Of a DNA stretch of 64,000 nt, positions 60,716-64,000 are shown piece after piece. Made by a program: the position numbers and the translations under genes. Under the pieces are notes generated by a model that saw only the letters and a list, made by a program, of their open reading frames with translations, was not told the origin of the DNA and did not search any database. Source of the DNA: Selaginella moellendorffii (lineage: Eukaryota; Plantae; Lycopodiophyta); assembly GCF_000143415.4 (NCBI RefSeq), contig NW_003314317.1, forward strand, positions 726,296-790,295. Reading direction: 5' to 3'. The stretch's first letter is position 1. Every line of letters begins with the position of its first letter.

Positions 60716-61770
60716 GCCATTTGATGGAGGGAGGCTTCTTCGGACAGGAGACGAGTCTCTAGTCGAAGCTCGGTGAGGTGCTCGCTGGCCGAAGGAGACT
60801 GAAAGTGCGGCTTTCACTGAGGGTGGCCGGCGGGCGGTCTCCTCCGACGAGTGCCGGCCGGTTGTTCCTTGGGGAGTCGTGGGGAGCTTTAGCCGCTCCA
60901 GGTGGCTGGCGATCTGTCTCGCCACTGGAACTGGTATCCTTGGAAAGATGGTGTCGAAATAATGCTGAAAGTGCGAACATAGTCAGTACCTCCCAATGAA
61001 ACGCAGCAGCTAAGTTAAAAGAAAGAGAAAAACGAAAAGAAGAAAGAAGGAAAAAAAAAAAAAGATATCAAACAGCTTAGCCGTATTGGCTACACAACGT
61101 AGGACACGATTTCTTACTTCCTATGCATTGCACCACTGGTGCAACGGCTTCATAGGTGGTAGCGGCCTTCATCTCTGCAGGTTCCCTCCAGCATCAAAAA
61201 AGCATAACAGATTTTACTGCGACATCTTACCACTTGAATGCATGATAATGAGTAGGCACCCATGTACATCCTAGAGACGAGGAGAAAAAATAGACTCACC
61301 TGATGCAAGAGAAGATCGCGAGTGAACACTCCCATCTTTGTCACCCGCCCATTTGTGCCGGGAGAGAATTCCTGCAGAAAAACAAAGTCAAGCTTCACAA
61401 AAAGAAAAAGAGGAGATTTCTGCAAAACTCACCTCATCATCTTCAATGTAAGGCTCGAACCATTGCCAGAGAGTTCTCGGTTCGCCACAATGAGAAAAGC
61501 TCCAAAGAAAAGAAGCAATCGTACCGCACGAACGTAAGGAGAATCAGCGTGGTTGAGAAGCCCCTGGATCTGCTCGTCAGTGAGCTTCATGGTGAATAAC
61601 TTGAAAAGGAGGCAAAACGCTGGAGAAGGGCCGCGAAAATTCCCTTCCAGATGATCGACACGGTTGGAAATCTCATCCACGACCTCGTCTTGAGGTGGTC
61701 GAGCTCCCTGAAGTAATCTGACACCAAAACGTTAACAAGGAGGACGTGCTCAAACTCGCTCATACGCAAT
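60194..61770 (-). pseudogene. PRP38B-like splicing factor with RS/RD tail; 5' exons carry frameshifting deletions
   Basis: SDYFREL..LKT/EVVDEI...GPSPAFCLLFKLFTMKLT...HADSPYVRA, TLWQWFEPYIEDDE, YFDTIFPRIPVPV, DVIRLGG. Frameshift near 61685; PW motif missing after HLE. Last exon open (~250 aa) with an (AAC)n tract. Confidence 0.75.
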
Positions 61771-61891
61771 CAAACGATTAGGGCTCCTGGGAAAAAAAGT
61801 CCAGATTGCGTATACTTGGAAAGAGAGACGTCATTTTAAAGGCACATCTCCGTTAGAAGCATATTCTGTTACTTTGGAAAAACTGCTTGTT

Positions 61892-62908
61892 TCACTTTGG
61901 GCCGCTAGTTTTTGACGGGCCGGCTCTTTCTACCATCACGTCGTAGAGCCGCTTACCATCCTACAAGAAGAACAGAAAGAGAAGAAATGATTTTTCACAC
62001 ACACAAACGAGAAAAAGAAGTACTTACAAAGATCACTGGAAAAAAGTGAACTTGGCCCTCCGGCTTGGTTTGTGTCTCCTTGAAGTAGACGAGGACTGGA
62101 AAGCTCGGCCACCATAGCTCCCAGTTTGTAAAGGTTGAGTACCTAGACAAAGAAGAACACAGTGAAGAGACCGTGACTTTCCTCCTCTAGATGCTTACTT
62201 CCACCGGTTTTTTCCGCCGACGAAGACGTTCTCTCCGGATTCCTGTAGCTCCGAGCCGATCTTTACTTCCTGGAGAAGCTCAAGTAATGTTAAATCCAGC
62301 TCCAGCGACACAAAGAGAAAGCAACACAGAAGCTTACCAGAGCTTCGTCATCGAACACGAATTTCACTCGGGTAGTCTGTTTCAGCATAGAACCAGGAGT
62401 TAACTCTCATTCCTGTGAAGAGGACACGGACCTGGAATAAGAGAAGAAGGCCGAGCAAACCAATTGGAGCTGCTGGAAGCAAATTGTCCGTGTAAACTAG
62501 AGCACCAGCAGCACCTGTAAGGAAGAACACCGTTTGTTTCTCTCTTTTTTCCACAAAGAAATCCTTTCTACTTACCAAGAAGAACGACTGGAATGCGATA
62601 ATCAGGTGCTGGAATGACGGTCTCCCTCACGATCTTGGCTGCTTGTTTCCTTTTAAACTACACGAGACTATCGCCTTCGTCAGGACTATAGCTCTCGAGA
62701 AACCAGAGAAATTTAAGTACCAATGCTTTCACAGCCCCAGGTCTTGATAGCCTCCTCGGCGAAAAGATCAAAGAGGAACTTGGAGCTCTTGGCTGCAATC
62801 CAATCGACCCAGCGCCTACATTTATCATATGTTAAACTCTAGCTAGAGCACGAGATTCTACGTACCAAGAGCTGGACGAAGAACGCAGGAGCATCCCGCC
62901 ATAGCCAT
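61892..62908 (-). CDS. DUF3119-family (plastid) protein, multi-exon
   Basis: PDYRIPVVLL, LLGLLLLFQ, SGENVFVGGKNRWK, FTNWELWWPSFPVLVYFKETQT...HFFPVIF, LYDVMVER. Confidence 0.85.
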
Positions 62909-63137
62909 CGCCAAGAAGCCCTAAACCTCGAGAAAAATATATTCGTTGTCTGTTTAAGAATATTCCTGTGTGATTACTATTTCTCACTACTTTTTAACCA
63001 CCTTTAAGGATTCTAGAATGTCTAATTGAGAAGCAATCATTGAAAAGTTTAAAGCTGCAAGGTGGCGGCATGGGTTTTGTAAGCAAACGCGCAAAAACAA
63101 AGACCATGGGCATATCCGAGCTTGGTGCGAGCTGACG

Positions 63138-63815
63138 TCACCGTGTCCACCACTGCGTCATACATGTTGCTGTAGGTAGTGGACGCGTCCGTGACGCTCG
63201 CTCGGAGCCGACGCGCGCGTATATTCCAGCGGTACGTTGGTCGGGTGGCTGAAGAAAGGATAGACGTTGATCATAAATGGGCTGCCTGACGTGGACAGGA
63301 AATCCACCACTGGTTTGAGGCGATGGTTGGAGACCACGGTGCCGGCGGTACGCAGCGCGGTGTACGACTGTACGGCAGACGGATGTCCCGGAAGGATGAC
63401 GCGTCCATGACGTTGAAGGCGTGCGGCGTGGAGACCACGGTGCCGGCGGTACGCAGCGCGGTGTGCGACTGTACCGCGGACTGGACGTTCTGGAGGGCCT
63501 GGAGGAGGAAGGGGACGTACCGCGCGTTGTTTGTGAGGACCTCGTTGCCGATGGAGATGGCGGGAAAGCGGGTGGCGGGGATGAAAGGGCGATGGAGGCG
63601 TCCAGCCAGGCCTTGGCGGCGGCGGGGCTCGAGGCGGTTTGCTGGAGCTGCTCGTTGGGGATGGAGACACTGAGATCGATGCCCGAGTTTGCGAAAGCCG
63701 GGATCAGCGTCGAAGATGCGCGCCTTGGTGATGTTGTTGGATTTGAGCAGCGCCACGACTTGCGCCGGCGATGGGAGACTGTCGCCCAATCTGCCATAGT
63801 TCACGCCGATGCTCG
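63138..63815 (-). pseudogene. GH17 beta-1,3-glucanase pseudogene
   Basis: GVNYGRLGDSLPSP, IFDADP, ISIGNEVL, SPFMINVYPFF lie in three different frames. Internal 46-bp duplication (63329 vs 63429); 3' part missing. Confidence 0.88.
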
Positions 63816-64000
63816 ATCCCCTTTAGAGGAATAAAATCGAAATCGAAATCCAAACGCTTTGATTCAACCAGATTTAAAATGTGACCGTTTTGTGTCTGGA
63901 AATGAAAATGCGAGAGCTGGAAGACGAGGGATCGTGGGGAATCTTGCCAAGAGGATCTATAAACTCACCAGGAATCCCCTCCAGCGCAGCCAAAACCGCG

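Overview
Eukaryotic land-plant genomic DNA: gene-dense, many ~50-60 nt introns, and a GAMYB gene. The style suggests a lycophyte such as Selaginella (inference, not verified). 1-8.9 kb is a large DNA-transposon-like unit. It carries a damaged Sola/DUF7869-type DDD transposase on the + strand and a divergent minus-strand ORF with a ParB/Srx-like domain, which the ORF track misses because it runs off the window. About 22 copies of a 22-bp palindrome are scattered through this unit. 9-19.2 kb is a nest of decayed LTR retroelements, including a solo LTR with TSD and a 5S-carrying Cassandra-type TRIM. 23.3-26.8 kb is an intronless (helical domain-kinase)x2 gene with a C-terminal Ig/PH-like module. 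The rest is a compact block of genes: tRNA-Ile, CAP-D2, an RRM protein, GAMYB, DUF1997, DA1-like, TIM13, ARFC1, RNF113/Cwc24, a Yvh1-like zinc domain, ACLB, PRP38-like and DUF3119. A LINE remnant, a hAT element and several deletion-riddled pseudogenes are interspersed. Best candidate for an undescribed system: the transposon that encodes a ParB-like protein and carries its own dispersed parS-like palindromes.
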